64,000 nucleotides of DNA, taken from assembly GCA_016932855.1 (NCBI GenBank), contig JAFGCB010000014.1:6496-70495 (forward strand), written 5' to 3'. Below the pieces are notes generated by a model that searched no databases, was not told the DNA's origin, and saw only the letters and a program-made list of their open reading frames with translations. The DNA comes from Candidatus Omnitrophota bacterium (GTDB lineage: Bacteria; Omnitrophota; Gorgyraeia; Duberdicusellales; Duberdicusellaceae). A program made the position numbers and the translations under genes. The first letter of the stretch is position 1; each line of letters begins with the position of its first letter. Of this stretch, positions 36,518 through 46,067 are shown piece by piece.

Positions 36518-37816
36518 TTAAATCACTGAGTAACCTTTCTTAAACATGTTTTTAGGAAGGTTAAAATAACCAAATATAATACGGGGGTTTTTCTCTCGTA
36601 TACGCTTAATCATCCCATAAACACCTAAAGGATTTAAGTTTTGTCCGGGTATATTCTTTAATAAATAGTCGCTATCTATACAAAGATTGCGCCATTGAAT
36701 CATATCGACGTAGCCTTTGTTTAAAAAATCGGATAGATGGTCTACTTCCTCCTCTGTGTCAGTCACTCCCGGAAAAACCAAAAGATTAACTGCTACAAAA
36801 AGACCGCTTTTCTTGGCTGTCTTTATCGAAGAAATCACTTCCTTTAGCCCGTATCCCTTGGGTCTGAAATAAGCATCATAAAGCGCCGGCTTAAGACTAT
36901 TAAGGCTTATTCGTATGCTGTCTAGACCGGCTTCTTTAAGCTGCTTGATCTTTTCCGGACTATAAGCATTAGTATTTAAATGAATAGTTCCTTTATCGGT
37001 GTTTTTTCGTATACCTAGAATTGCCTCTCTTAATGTTTTAAACTCAAGCAAAGGCTCTCCTTCACAGCCTTGGCCGAAACTTACAATAGGCTCCTTGGCA
37101 TTACGAATGTGAATTAAGGCTACCTCCTCTACTTCTTGAGGGCTGGGCACAAAGGTAATTCTACTATGAGAAGCCACAGGACAGCTTGAGGCCTGAAGGG
37201 ATAAACACCCCAAACAGCGGGCATTACAAGAGGGAGCAACCGGCAAAGGCGCTTCCCAGCGTCCAAAGAAGAAATTCTGGGCAGCTAAACAGTTGTAATT
37301 AAGGGCGCAATTGAATAAATGCCGGATAAGCCTGTTTTTTCGATGCTTTTTTACCATATTCCTTGCTTTTCTCCCTAAAAGAGCTCTATCTTTATAATAA
37401 GAAGGTCTTTGGCGACTGCGACGGTCTATCTTTATTGCCGAAGTTATAAATCTTCCCTGTCTAAATCCCACTGCCGCATAAGCCCAAAGAGGAAGAACGG
37501 TTTTTAAATCTATTTTCCTGGCCGCCGGATGAAGAAGACGGGTAAACCCCGGGATAAGAAAAGCCGATAAAGGATAAACCAGCCGTCCTTTATAGTCCGC
37601 AACCGCTACAGCCTCTCCCTGAACAGGGCTATAGCCGAAACTTATATGGCCGACCATAAAAAAAAGCTTGCTTGCTCTAGGCAGAACAATAAGCTCCTCC
37701 TCTCGCGGCAACCTCATGGCCTTGCCGTCGAAAGCAAGCATCACAAGCTTTGGGTGGACAAAGATATTACCCTTAGAATCAGAAACAACTAATCTCGGTA
37801 AATCACTCATAAGCAA
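36518..37816 (-). CDS. Radical SAM protein of unknown function with long N-terminal extension
   Basis: CNARCLGC, SFGQGCEGEPL, HLNTN, RISLNS. Confidence 0.85.
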   Translation of the reverse strand: MLMSDLPRLVVSDSKGNIFVHPKLVMLAFDGKAMRLPREEELIVLPRASKLFFMVGHISFGYSPVQGEAVAVADYKGRLVYPLSAFLIPGFTRLLHPAARKIDLKTVLPLWAYAAVGFRQGRFITSAIKIDRRSRQRPSYYKDRALLGRKARNMVKKHRKNRLIRHLFNCALNYNCLAAQNFFFGRWEAPLPVAPSCNARCLGCLSLQASSCPVASHSRITFVPSPQEVEEVALIHIRNAKEPIVSFGQGCEGEPLLEFKTLREAILGIRKNTDKGTIHLNTNAYSPEKIKQLKEAGLDSIRISLNSLKPALYDAYFRPKGYGLKEVISSIKTAKKSGLFVAVNLLVFPGVTDTEEEVDHLSDFLNKGYVDMIQWRNLCIDSDYLLKNIPGQNLNPLGVYGMIKRIREKNPRIIFGYFNLPKNMFKKGYSVI

Positions 37817-37922
37817 GATAACGCACTCTTAAGGGATAAACGGGTTAGAAGAAATAGAGGGATAGTTGATCTATCCCCTATATCCCTTACAACCCCTATA
37901 ACCCTTATAACCCCTATTACTG

Positions 37923-38657
37923 CTAATAACTGCGATTAACTGCTTTTAAGTCAGCTCCCAGTCCTGCCTCTCTATAGAGACTTCTGACTTCTTCTTTAGT
38001 GAGCTGCCTGAACTTACCCTCCGGCAGGCTTCCCAGGCTTAAACAGCCTTCTCTTACTCTTTTCAGTTCCAAGACCCTGTACCCCAAAGATTCAAACATC
38101 CTCCGTACTTGGCGCTTTCTTCCCTCGCGAAGAGTAACCTCAACCTTAAACTTAGATTCAATTCTAACCTTGCAAGGAAGAGTAAGGCCGTCCTCTAATA
38201 TTAACCCTCTGGCAATCCTTAGAAGATCATTCTTATTTAAGGGCTTATCCAATAAAGCCTTATAGGTTTTTTCTACCTTGAACTTAGGGTGAGTTATCCT
38301 AAAGGTAAGCTCTCCGTCATTGGTAAGAAGGAGCAGTCCTTTGGTGTCTCTGTCAAGCCTTCCTACAGGATGAAGGTGAGCGTATTGCCTGGGAAGTATA
38401 TCGCTTAGAGTTTTTGCGGCGAAGGGGTCGCTTCGGGTTGTAGTAATCCCCTTGGGTTTATTAAAAAGAAGGTAGGTATTATTTTTAAGGCTGATTTTTC
38501 GTCCGTCGAAAAAGACTATATTCTTAGAAGGAACCACCTGGCAAGAAGGCTCTAAAATCTTTTGTCTATCTACGCTTACTCTGCCCTGTTTAATAAATTC
38601 CAAGGCCTTGCGTCTAGAACAAATACCTGCCCGGGCTAGAAATAACTGAAGTCGCAT
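37923..38657 (-). CDS. RsuA/RluB-family rRNA pseudouridine synthase (S4 domain)
   Basis: MRLQLFLARAGICSRRKA, NKPKG, VGRLDRDTKGLLLLTNDG, EGRKRQVRRM. Confidence 0.92.
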   Translation of the reverse strand: MRLQLFLARAGICSRRKALEFIKQGRVSVDRQKILEPSCQVVPSKNIVFFDGRKISLKNNTYLLFNKPKGITTTRSDPFAAKTLSDILPRQYAHLHPVGRLDRDTKGLLLLTNDGELTFRITHPKFKVEKTYKALLDKPLNKNDLLRIARGLILEDGLTLPCKVRIESKFKVEVTLREGRKRQVRRMFESLGYRVLELKRVREGCLSLGSLPEGKFRQLTKEEVRSLYREAGLGADLKAVNRSY

Positions 38658-38686
38658 AGGAATCTTGGGATAATAAGGCGCTTTTT

Positions 38687-39907
38687 TTACAGGTTAACCT
38701 CATCGTCTCTATTAAACAAAGAAAGGAAAAGAAGAAGATAATCCTGGATATGGCGGGTTATAAGAAAGTTATTCTTAACATGCTGCTTGCCATGCTGACC
38801 TAATATCTTGGCATACTCCGGCTCATGGAGTAAGTGCTTAATCCAATAAGCAGTGCCTTCGACGGTATAGGTAAGAATCCCTGAATACTTGTGAGCTATT
38901 TGAAGAGGTATGCCTCCCACTGCGCCGGCAATTACCGGCTTTTCCTTCCACAAGCCCTCGCAGACAGTCAAACCAAACCCCTCTTTAAGCGACTTCTGCA
39001 GGATAACACTTGAGGCCCTTTGCAGGGCATTAATTTCCAGATTGCTGTCCGAAGGCAGAAGAAGAACAAATATATCCTTATCAGCCTCTGCTTCATCCAT
39101 AACCTCTTTAAGAACTTTCTGGCCTTCAGGATCGTCTTTAGCCCCTCCGCCGGCTAAGACCAGCTGGCAATCGGTATATTTTTTAACTAGCCTATAGGCC
39201 TTGATTACTCCCACGGGGTCTTTTAAGTAGTCAAAACGGGATACCTGGGTAATAATCGGCTTGTCCTTATCGATACCGAACCGCGAGAGGACCGAATCAA
39301 TAAAGCCTTGCTCTAACTCTTTATTTTTATCGCTTAAGGGATCTATGGAAGGAGCGACAAGAACCTGAGGTATGGAAAGCCTGCGGGAAAAAGCAGGGGC
39401 CGAGAAGACGCTTGCGTCATATTTCTCTATAAATTTTTTAAGAAACAGCCAGATATCTCTTTGAGGCTTGGAAAAATCTATATGGCAGCGCCAAATCCAT
39501 TTATTCTTAAACTGTTTTCTCTTCTTGACCAGCCCTATCGGCTGGGGATCATGAATATACATAATATCAGCCCAGTTCTTGAAGTCTTCCGAATTCTTCT
39601 GATTTATTTCCAAAAAATGCTTAAATTCCTGACGGGTGATGCTTACCTCGACTCCATGCAGCCCGTTATGAATTTTTTTCGTGATATCGAAAAAAACATC
39701 GTCTCCTTTTATAACTTCCCAAAATACGGATAAACCCAAATTCCTCATCAGGGGTATCATCCTGTTAAGTATCTCGGCGACTCCTCCTCCCATGGCGGTT
39801 GAATTGACGTTAGTAATGCTGAACCCTTTCAGCTTTTCTGCCAAAATGTAAAGCTCGTCAATTACCTGATTGCCTACTATCGAACGATATTCATTTATGT
39901 GCAGCAT
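38687..39907 (-). CDS. treT: Trehalose glycosyltransferring synthase TreT (GT4)
   Basis: VNSTAMGGGVAEIL, IHDPQP, WRCHID, PSIDPLS, QVSRFDYLKD, EGFGLTV. Confidence 0.88.
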   Translation of the reverse strand: MLHINEYRSIVGNQVIDELYILAEKLKGFSITNVNSTAMGGGVAEILNRMIPLMRNLGLSVFWEVIKGDDVFFDITKKIHNGLHGVEVSITRQEFKHFLEINQKNSEDFKNWADIMYIHDPQPIGLVKKRKQFKNKWIWRCHIDFSKPQRDIWLFLKKFIEKYDASVFSAPAFSRRLSIPQVLVAPSIDPLSDKNKELEQGFIDSVLSRFGIDKDKPIITQVSRFDYLKDPVGVIKAYRLVKKYTDCQLVLAGGGAKDDPEGQKVLKEVMDEAEADKDIFVLLLPSDSNLEINALQRASSVILQKSLKEGFGLTVCEGLWKEKPVIAGAVGGIPLQIAHKYSGILTYTVEGTAYWIKHLLHEPEYAKILGQHGKQHVKNNFLITRHIQDYLLLFLSLFNRDDEVNL

Positions 39908-40580
39908 CGCTTTGCATCTGTTGGGTTACCGCCTCTATTATTTTTCGGCGTATACCTTCTAAAGTATAGGTGTAAGGATCGAATCTTGAAAGCCTGTCCG
40001 CAAGCCCGGGATATCCTGTAGTGCGCAGCCAGTATGAAAAATCGTTGTCTCCTTTCTTTAAACGGACCCTGGCTTCAAACATATGAAAATAAATCGAGTG
40101 GATGCTCGCTTTTCCTATACAGTCTTTGAATTCTTCCAGGTTTTTGGCGGTGAAATTTGTAGGGATAATAAAAATCCTTGAAGAAAGAAAATTAAATTCT
40201 TCGCCGGGGATACAATTCCGCAAGCTAGGCGTCTTAACTAAATAATCCTTAAGAATCTTTATAAGCTCTCTGCGCAGGTCTTCTATGTCTCTAAACTGAA
40301 AAATATCAAGGCTGGCAACCAATTCGCCTAGCTTCTTAAGCCCCAGAGAATTGTTTATCCAGTAGGAAAAATCATTGGGATGTTCAGGCGAAAAATATCT
40401 ATGCTGCTCTAGATACCTGTGGGTATGATGATAAATACTTGCCGAAGGCACGTTGGCCAAAGCCTCGCTAAGCTCTTTTACATTACGGCTAACCCGGCCC
40501 AGAAGTTTTACCTGAGTAATTCTTGTATAAAACTTAAAAAAATTCATTTCAATATTATTACCTATATCCTGGCTGTTCAT
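39891..40580 (-). CDS. TreT-associated protein (DUF5752-like, internally duplicated)
   Basis: Two repeats SIYHH..NDFSYWI / SIYFH..NDFSYWL; overlaps both neighbours. Confidence 0.7.
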   Translation of the reverse strand: MNSQDIGNNIEMNFFKFYTRITQVKLLGRVSRNVKELSEALANVPSASIYHHTHRYLEQHRYFSPEHPNDFSYWINNSLGLKKLGELVASLDIFQFRDIEDLRRELIKILKDYLVKTPSLRNCIPGEEFNFLSSRIFIIPTNFTAKNLEEFKDCIGKASIHSIYFHMFEARVRLKKGDNDFSYWLRTTGYPGLADRLSRFDPYTYTLEGIRRKIIEAVTQQMQSDAAHK

Positions 40581-43012
40581 GACAGCGACTTATCCTTATC
40601 CCTTAAAGGTATTTTATATATTTTTCCAGAAAAAAGATCGTGAATCTGCCGGTTTACTTCAACTCTAAAGCTCAACGGCTTTGCTCCTAAAGCATGGATA
40701 AAAATAATAACCTGGCTTTTTCTTATAGTCAAGGAAATCCACCTGCCCCGATAAAAAAACTTGAATTCCAGTTTATGCCAGCTTTTAGGAAGAGAAGGCT
40801 CGATTCTAATCCTGTCTTTCAGAAATTCGACTCCGGCAAAGGCCTTGCGCACGATATAGACCGTACCTCCCATTACACCGAGATGAATCCCTTCAAGAGC
40901 AGTGCCGCCCTGAATATCGTAAAAATCGGCTTCCAGAGACTCAACGAAGAGATCCCAGGAATCATTATAAAATCCAAGCTTGTGGGCTATGAAGCAATGA
41001 ACCACCTTGCTTAAGGACGAACCGTGCGAGGTCCGCTTTATATAATACTGGTAATTCTTTCTAAGCTTTTCTGCGTCGAAGCTGTAGCCGAGATTCTTAA
41101 AAATATCCTCTGCTTCGGAAAGAGTAAACAAATAAAATATCATAAGGCTATCGGCCTGCTTGGAGACTTTGTAGTCATCGGGCGAATTTCCTTCCGCCTT
41201 TAAAATCCTGTCCAGGCGGTGGATATTATGATATTTTGCCCGGTAGCGCTCCCAGTTAATCTCCCGAAGCTTAAAATAACCTTCAAACTGGCTGATAATA
41301 CCTTTTTCGTTAAAAATTATTTTCATTTTCTTGGCCATATCAGCCCAATGTCTTATCTCCTTCTCCCTCAACCTCAACCTTCGCAAAAGTGACCTTTTAT
41401 GCTCCATAGGCAAAATGGTAAATATTTCGTTGGCCTTGGAAAGCACCCAGGAAATCATAAGGTTAGAATAAGCGTTGTCGCGAAGGCCGGGAGTGCGGGA
41501 TAAAGGAAGTTTCTCATGAAATTCATCAGGGCCCATGATTCCTTGAGTATGAAAACGCCCGTCTTTGGGGTCGTACCTTATAAGGCTTGCGCAAAACTGG
41601 GCAATTGAAAGGAAGATTTCAGCGCCGTATTTTAGAAAGAAATTAAAATCACCGGTCAAAGAATAATGCTTCCAGACATTATAGGCAATGGCAAAAGAAA
41701 TGTGTCTTTGGCGGGAGCTTAAATCCGGACCCCACTTTCCGGACATGGGGTTAAGATGGATAACTTGGGTTTCTTCTCTGCCTGATGAGCCGCTCTGCCA
41801 GGGAAACATCGCTCCTCTATAAGCGTTAGCTCTGGCATAGCGCCTGGCCTCAGACAGCCTCCTGTATCTATAGAGAAGCAAAGATTCAGTAACCTCGGGG
41901 ATATGTAAATCATAAAAAGGTCTCGCGAAAAGCTCATCCCAGAAGATATGCCCCCGATAGGCTTCGCCGTGAAGACCCCTGGCCGGAAGCCCGGCATCAA
42001 TCCTGGCGCTATGCGGGCTTGCGGTCTGAAGAAGATGAAATATGTGAAGCCTTAGAATCTTCTGCGAAAAAGTATCTCCTTCTACCCGTATATCTGCTTT
42101 ATCCCAAAGCCTAAGCCAAGCTTTCTCGTGATTATTGCAGACTTCATCAAATGAACCTGTATTCTTTAAAGCCTTAACAGCGGCTTTGGACGGATAAGCC
42201 GTATCTTTTTCTTTTGAAGAATAAATAGAGACTGTCTTATCTACAACATAAGACTTGTTTCTATGGACAAATATCTTAAACTCCTGGCCGACGGCCTCTT
42301 TACCTTCAAGAATGTTTTTTGTTTCAGGCGTAAGCGCCTGCCCTTCGGAATAAATCCTTACCCGGCAAGCCTGGGAAACCAAAGTCCTCGACTGGCTCGT
42401 CCTCATCGATAAGAAAGCTGTGTTATCATCATAAAAACCCAAGGAAAAAGGACGCCAGTGCTTTGAATTCAATTTCTTGTAACGCTCTACTCCCTGATTA
42501 ACCACGCTTCCGTCAAGCATTGATTTTACGGTAATCCAATTGCTGTAATTTTTCGGCGTAATCACATACTTAAGGGCCCCGATATGAGGATTAGCCATGC
42601 TTACTAAAAAAACCGTCTCAATCAAGGTCTGTTTGCGATAAAGGTCCTCGAAAAGAATACGCCTTGAACATCGGCCTCTGCGCATATCAAGCTCCTGATG
42701 GAAAGATACGATATTATCAGTGGAAGGCCTAAACCAATCGCTAGTGCCGATCTTAAAGGTAAGAAAAAGCCAATTAGGACAGTTTACAAAATCCTCATTT
42801 TCTACTGTCTTTCCGGATATGCGGGTCTTAAGGCGGTTATAAAGGCCGGCCATGTAGGTTCCGGGGTAGTGGACCTTGGAAGCGGATGCTTCCGGAGCCG
42901 CGGCCCTGGTGCCGAAGTAACCGTTAGCTAAAGTGCATAAAGCCTCTCGCAACCTTTCCTGCTCCGGCTTAAAGTGATTATAGGAAATTTTCCATTCGTA
43001 TGGGGTGGCCAT
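40577..43012 (-). CDS. Glycoside hydrolase family 65 phosphorylase (trehalose/T6P phosphorylase-like)
   Basis: LANGYFGTR, ARGLHGEAYRGHIFWDE, MGPDEFHE, KQAD, HGSSLS. Confidence 0.92.
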   Translation of the reverse strand: MATPYEWKISYNHFKPEQERLREALCTLANGYFGTRAAAPEASASKVHYPGTYMAGLYNRLKTRISGKTVENEDFVNCPNWLFLTFKIGTSDWFRPSTDNIVSFHQELDMRRGRCSRRILFEDLYRKQTLIETVFLVSMANPHIGALKYVITPKNYSNWITVKSMLDGSVVNQGVERYKKLNSKHWRPFSLGFYDDNTAFLSMRTSQSRTLVSQACRVRIYSEGQALTPETKNILEGKEAVGQEFKIFVHRNKSYVVDKTVSIYSSKEKDTAYPSKAAVKALKNTGSFDEVCNNHEKAWLRLWDKADIRVEGDTFSQKILRLHIFHLLQTASPHSARIDAGLPARGLHGEAYRGHIFWDELFARPFYDLHIPEVTESLLLYRYRRLSEARRYARANAYRGAMFPWQSGSSGREETQVIHLNPMSGKWGPDLSSRQRHISFAIAYNVWKHYSLTGDFNFFLKYGAEIFLSIAQFCASLIRYDPKDGRFHTQGIMGPDEFHEKLPLSRTPGLRDNAYSNLMISWVLSKANEIFTILPMEHKRSLLRRLRLREKEIRHWADMAKKMKIIFNEKGIISQFEGYFKLREINWERYRAKYHNIHRLDRILKAEGNSPDDYKVSKQADSLMIFYLFTLSEAEDIFKNLGYSFDAEKLRKNYQYYIKRTSHGSSLSKVVHCFIAHKLGFYNDSWDLFVESLEADFYDIQGGTALEGIHLGVMGGTVYIVRKAFAGVEFLKDRIRIEPSLPKSWHKLEFKFFYRGRWISLTIRKSQVIIFIHALGAKPLSFRVEVNRQIHDLFSGKIYKIPLRDKDKSLS

Positions 43013-43137
43013 AATTATTAAAGATTCGCGGTGCGTTTATGATATATAGTCATACTGTAGCCATGCTATTGTCATACATAGTCATACAATTGTTTAACTA
43101 ATGTATGACTTTCTATTATTAAGGTAACCTGTAACGG

Positions 43138-44754
43138 TTAACCATTATTAATAATATCTTCAAATAGTTTTTTTACTTCTTCTACGGAAGATAAACGAAA
43201 ATCAGCGCAAGAGGTGCGGTTATCCTCTGCTACCAATACAGGCATGCCCCGGGTGCGTATCATCCTAAAAGCGTCTTCATCGGTAGTATCGTCGCCTATA
43301 TAAACAACATTGGCCCTATCCCAGGATAATCCCAGGGCCGCAATAATCCAGCGTATAGCTTTTCCTTTGTCCCAATCAATAGCCGGAAGTATCTCAAAGA
43401 CTTTCTTGCCCTTCATAAGCCGAAGCTCGTTATGCGAGACGACTTTTTTATTCACCGCTTCTTCAATCCCGGGCAAGTGCTTTTCATCAACAAGACGATA
43501 GTGCACGGCGAGGCTGAATTTCTTTTCTTCAATCAGAACTCCTTCGATGCCGGCCAGTTCTCTAGAAATTTCTTTAGTAACGGCGGCGATAAGAGGTATT
43601 GTCTTTTCTGCCCTGGGCTCTACCATAACGAACGAAGGGCCTAGGATATCAAAGCCGTGACTTCCGGCATAAAAAACTCCCTTAAGGCCCACTAAGTTTT
43701 CCACATCCTCGCGCATTCTTCCGCTTACAATAAAAACCTGAAACTTTCCAGATAAATCTGCAAGGGTTTGCCTCATCTTATCATCCAAAATCGCAAGATC
43801 AGGTCTACTTACTATAGGGGTTAAAGTTCCGTCATAATCAAGAAAAAAGACAGGCTTCTTATTGCCGGAAAAACCCTCTTTGGCGCTGCGTAAATAATAA
43901 GGATTAATCTTTGCTTTCGGACACAGCGCTTGCAAATCCTTGGGGGTGTTTATCTTTTCCGGGGGGCTTTGCCAGTTTTCAAACAAAGAGCAAGGCCTTC
44001 TTTTAAACCAGCTCTCTATCCACTCCAAGCTTATCTGGGAAAGATCTTCAACCGCGGCATCAGCGCCGTTCTCAAGAAGCCCTTTAACATTATTTTCCCG
44101 GCCTACTCCCAGCACTAAACCAAAACCGCCGTTTCTTCCGGCTTGCACCCCAGATGTAGCGTCTTCAATAACTACCGACTTTGAAACATTTGCTCCAACA
44201 TTATGGGCGGCAACAACAAATATATCGCCTTCGGGCTTGCCTTTAAGGCCCAGCTTAACGGAAACCACTCCGTCAACCCGCGTCTCAAATAAATCCTCTA
44301 TACCGCAAGATTTAAGAATCAATTGACAGTTTTTAGAAGACGAAGCAATGCCTACCTTTATCCCGGCCCTCCTAAGTTCTTTAATCAGGTTGATTGATGA
44401 AGGATACATTTGGGCACCCTGTTTCTCTACAATTTTCTGAAACTGGACATTTTTTTTATTCCCGATACCGCAGACTGTCTCTTTATCCGGCGCATCTTCC
44501 GGCTGGCCGAAAGGGATATTTATATCTCTGGATTCAAGAAAACTTTGAACTCCTTTATAGCGGGGCTTGCCGTCAACATAAGGCAAGTAATCGGCTTCAT
44601 GAGTAAATTCCTTAAAAGCCCTGCCATCCCTGACTTGCAGCATGCGCAGGTATTCCTCAAAAGCTTCTTTCCAGGCCTGAAAGTGGACTTGAGCTGTCTT
44701 TGTAATAACCCCGTCTAAATCAAAAATAACCGCTTCAAAAGAATAGTGACTCAT
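43138..44754 (-). CDS. beta-phosphoglucomutase-like HAD fused to trehalose-6-phosphate phosphatase (OtsB)
   Basis: N-term FDLDGVIT..DGKPRY..KGKP..EDA; C-term FLDYDGTL, VSGR, AGSHG, VHYR, WDKGKA, GDDTTDEDAF. Confidence 0.88.
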   Translation of the reverse strand: MSHYSFEAVIFDLDGVITKTAQVHFQAWKEAFEEYLRMLQVRDGRAFKEFTHEADYLPYVDGKPRYKGVQSFLESRDINIPFGQPEDAPDKETVCGIGNKKNVQFQKIVEKQGAQMYPSSINLIKELRRAGIKVGIASSSKNCQLILKSCGIEDLFETRVDGVVSVKLGLKGKPEGDIFVVAAHNVGANVSKSVVIEDATSGVQAGRNGGFGLVLGVGRENNVKGLLENGADAAVEDLSQISLEWIESWFKRRPCSLFENWQSPPEKINTPKDLQALCPKAKINPYYLRSAKEGFSGNKKPVFFLDYDGTLTPIVSRPDLAILDDKMRQTLADLSGKFQVFIVSGRMREDVENLVGLKGVFYAGSHGFDILGPSFVMVEPRAEKTIPLIAAVTKEISRELAGIEGVLIEEKKFSLAVHYRLVDEKHLPGIEEAVNKKVVSHNELRLMKGKKVFEILPAIDWDKGKAIRWIIAALGLSWDRANVVYIGDDTTDEDAFRMIRTRGMPVLVAEDNRTSCADFRLSSVEEVKKLFEDIINNG

Positions 44755-44883
44755 AATTAATCTTTTAGATTAAATACAACAACTGGATCCTAGATCCTCG
44801 CTTTAAAACATAAGCACCTAGCACCTGGCACCTATGGTCTTTAAGAGCGCTTATCGAGGATCGAAGAAAAGTCTCAGGTTGTT

Positions 44884-46065
44884 CTATAGGAATTTATGGT
44901 AGATAGAAACCGTATCCTGGGCAACCCTGTCTTTGGTGTACTGGGATTCTACAATCTGCCTTCCGGTATAACCTAAACGCATTCTTAGTTTGTAATCATC
45001 TATAAGTTGGATAATTCTTGAAGCTAAAACTTCAAAGTCTCTTATGGGAATAACGTATCCGTTAATGCCGTCTCTTACAATCTCGGGCATGCCCCCGGAA
45101 TTAGTGACTATTATGGGCTTTCCCGAGGCCAAGGATTCAAGCATAGTCAGGCCAAACGGCTCGCCCGACGACGAAGGATAAACGCAGACCGTTGATACTC
45201 CGTAAAGGTCGCACATATCTTCCAAACTGTATACATCAATAAGTACGTTTTTCTTAAGATTAAAATGGTTGATAAGGCCTACGATGTAAGCTATGTCTTT
45301 CTGCTGAGTCTCTCCCCAGTCAATTATATTTTTCGAACCGGCCAATACCAGGATAACATTGGGATGCTTCTTTTTTACTAAATGCAAGGCCTTTACGCTT
45401 ATGTCGCATCCCTTAGCCAAGCCGATTCTTGCCGGATGGAATACTACCGGCCTATTCTTAAGTTCGGGATATTTGGCAAGGATTTCTTTAGAGCTGATGC
45501 CGGGCTTAAATTTCTCCTCGTCGACTCCGTGATGAATAACCGTAATCTTCCTATCATCTATGCCCGCGCCCATAAGTTCTTTTTTTATGAAGTGACTTAC
45601 GGCAATTATATGGGTCCACTTAACCTTATGGGCAAGCTCCAGAAACAAAAGGTCATCCCAGGCATTATGGGCGGTAAGAAATAAGGGGCATCCTTTTTTC
45701 CTGGCCAGGGTTTCCAAAGTTTTAACATGAGTTTCGCTAAAATAATGCATGTTATGGGCGTGAAGTACGTCCGGCTTGGTCTTATCGATAAATTTGGAGA
45801 AAGTTGTAGATATCTCTTCTTCTAATCCCTTAAGCCCTCTTTTATAAAGCCAGTTTAAATCCATAAGAGGGGTTCTAAAGATTTCAACATCGTTATATTT
45901 ATAATAACCCTTAACTCCTTCAACGGCACCGGTAAGCAAACTAACCTTGTGCCCGTGTTTTACCATTTGGGGCAGTATTATGGTAAGATGGGTCTCTACC
46001 CCGCCTATAATTGGCGGAAAGCCCCAGTGCAAATGAACAATACTAAGTTTTTTATTCTTATCCAT
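44884..46065 (-). CDS. Glycosyltransferase family 4
   Basis: FPPIIGGVETH, PARIGLAKG, EPFGLTMLESLA. Confidence 0.88.
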   Translation of the reverse strand: MDKNKKLSIVHLHWGFPPIIGGVETHLTIILPQMVKHGHKVSLLTGAVEGVKGYYKYNDVEIFRTPLMDLNWLYKRGLKGLEEEISTTFSKFIDKTKPDVLHAHNMHYFSETHVKTLETLARKKGCPLFLTAHNAWDDLLFLELAHKVKWTHIIAVSHFIKKELMGAGIDDRKITVIHHGVDEEKFKPGISSKEILAKYPELKNRPVVFHPARIGLAKGCDISVKALHLVKKKHPNVILVLAGSKNIIDWGETQQKDIAYIVGLINHFNLKKNVLIDVYSLEDMCDLYGVSTVCVYPSSSGEPFGLTMLESLASGKPIIVTNSGGMPEIVRDGINGYVIPIRDFEVLASRIIQLIDDYKLRMRLGYTGRQIVESQYTKDRVAQDTVSIYHKFL

Positions 46066-46067
46066 TG

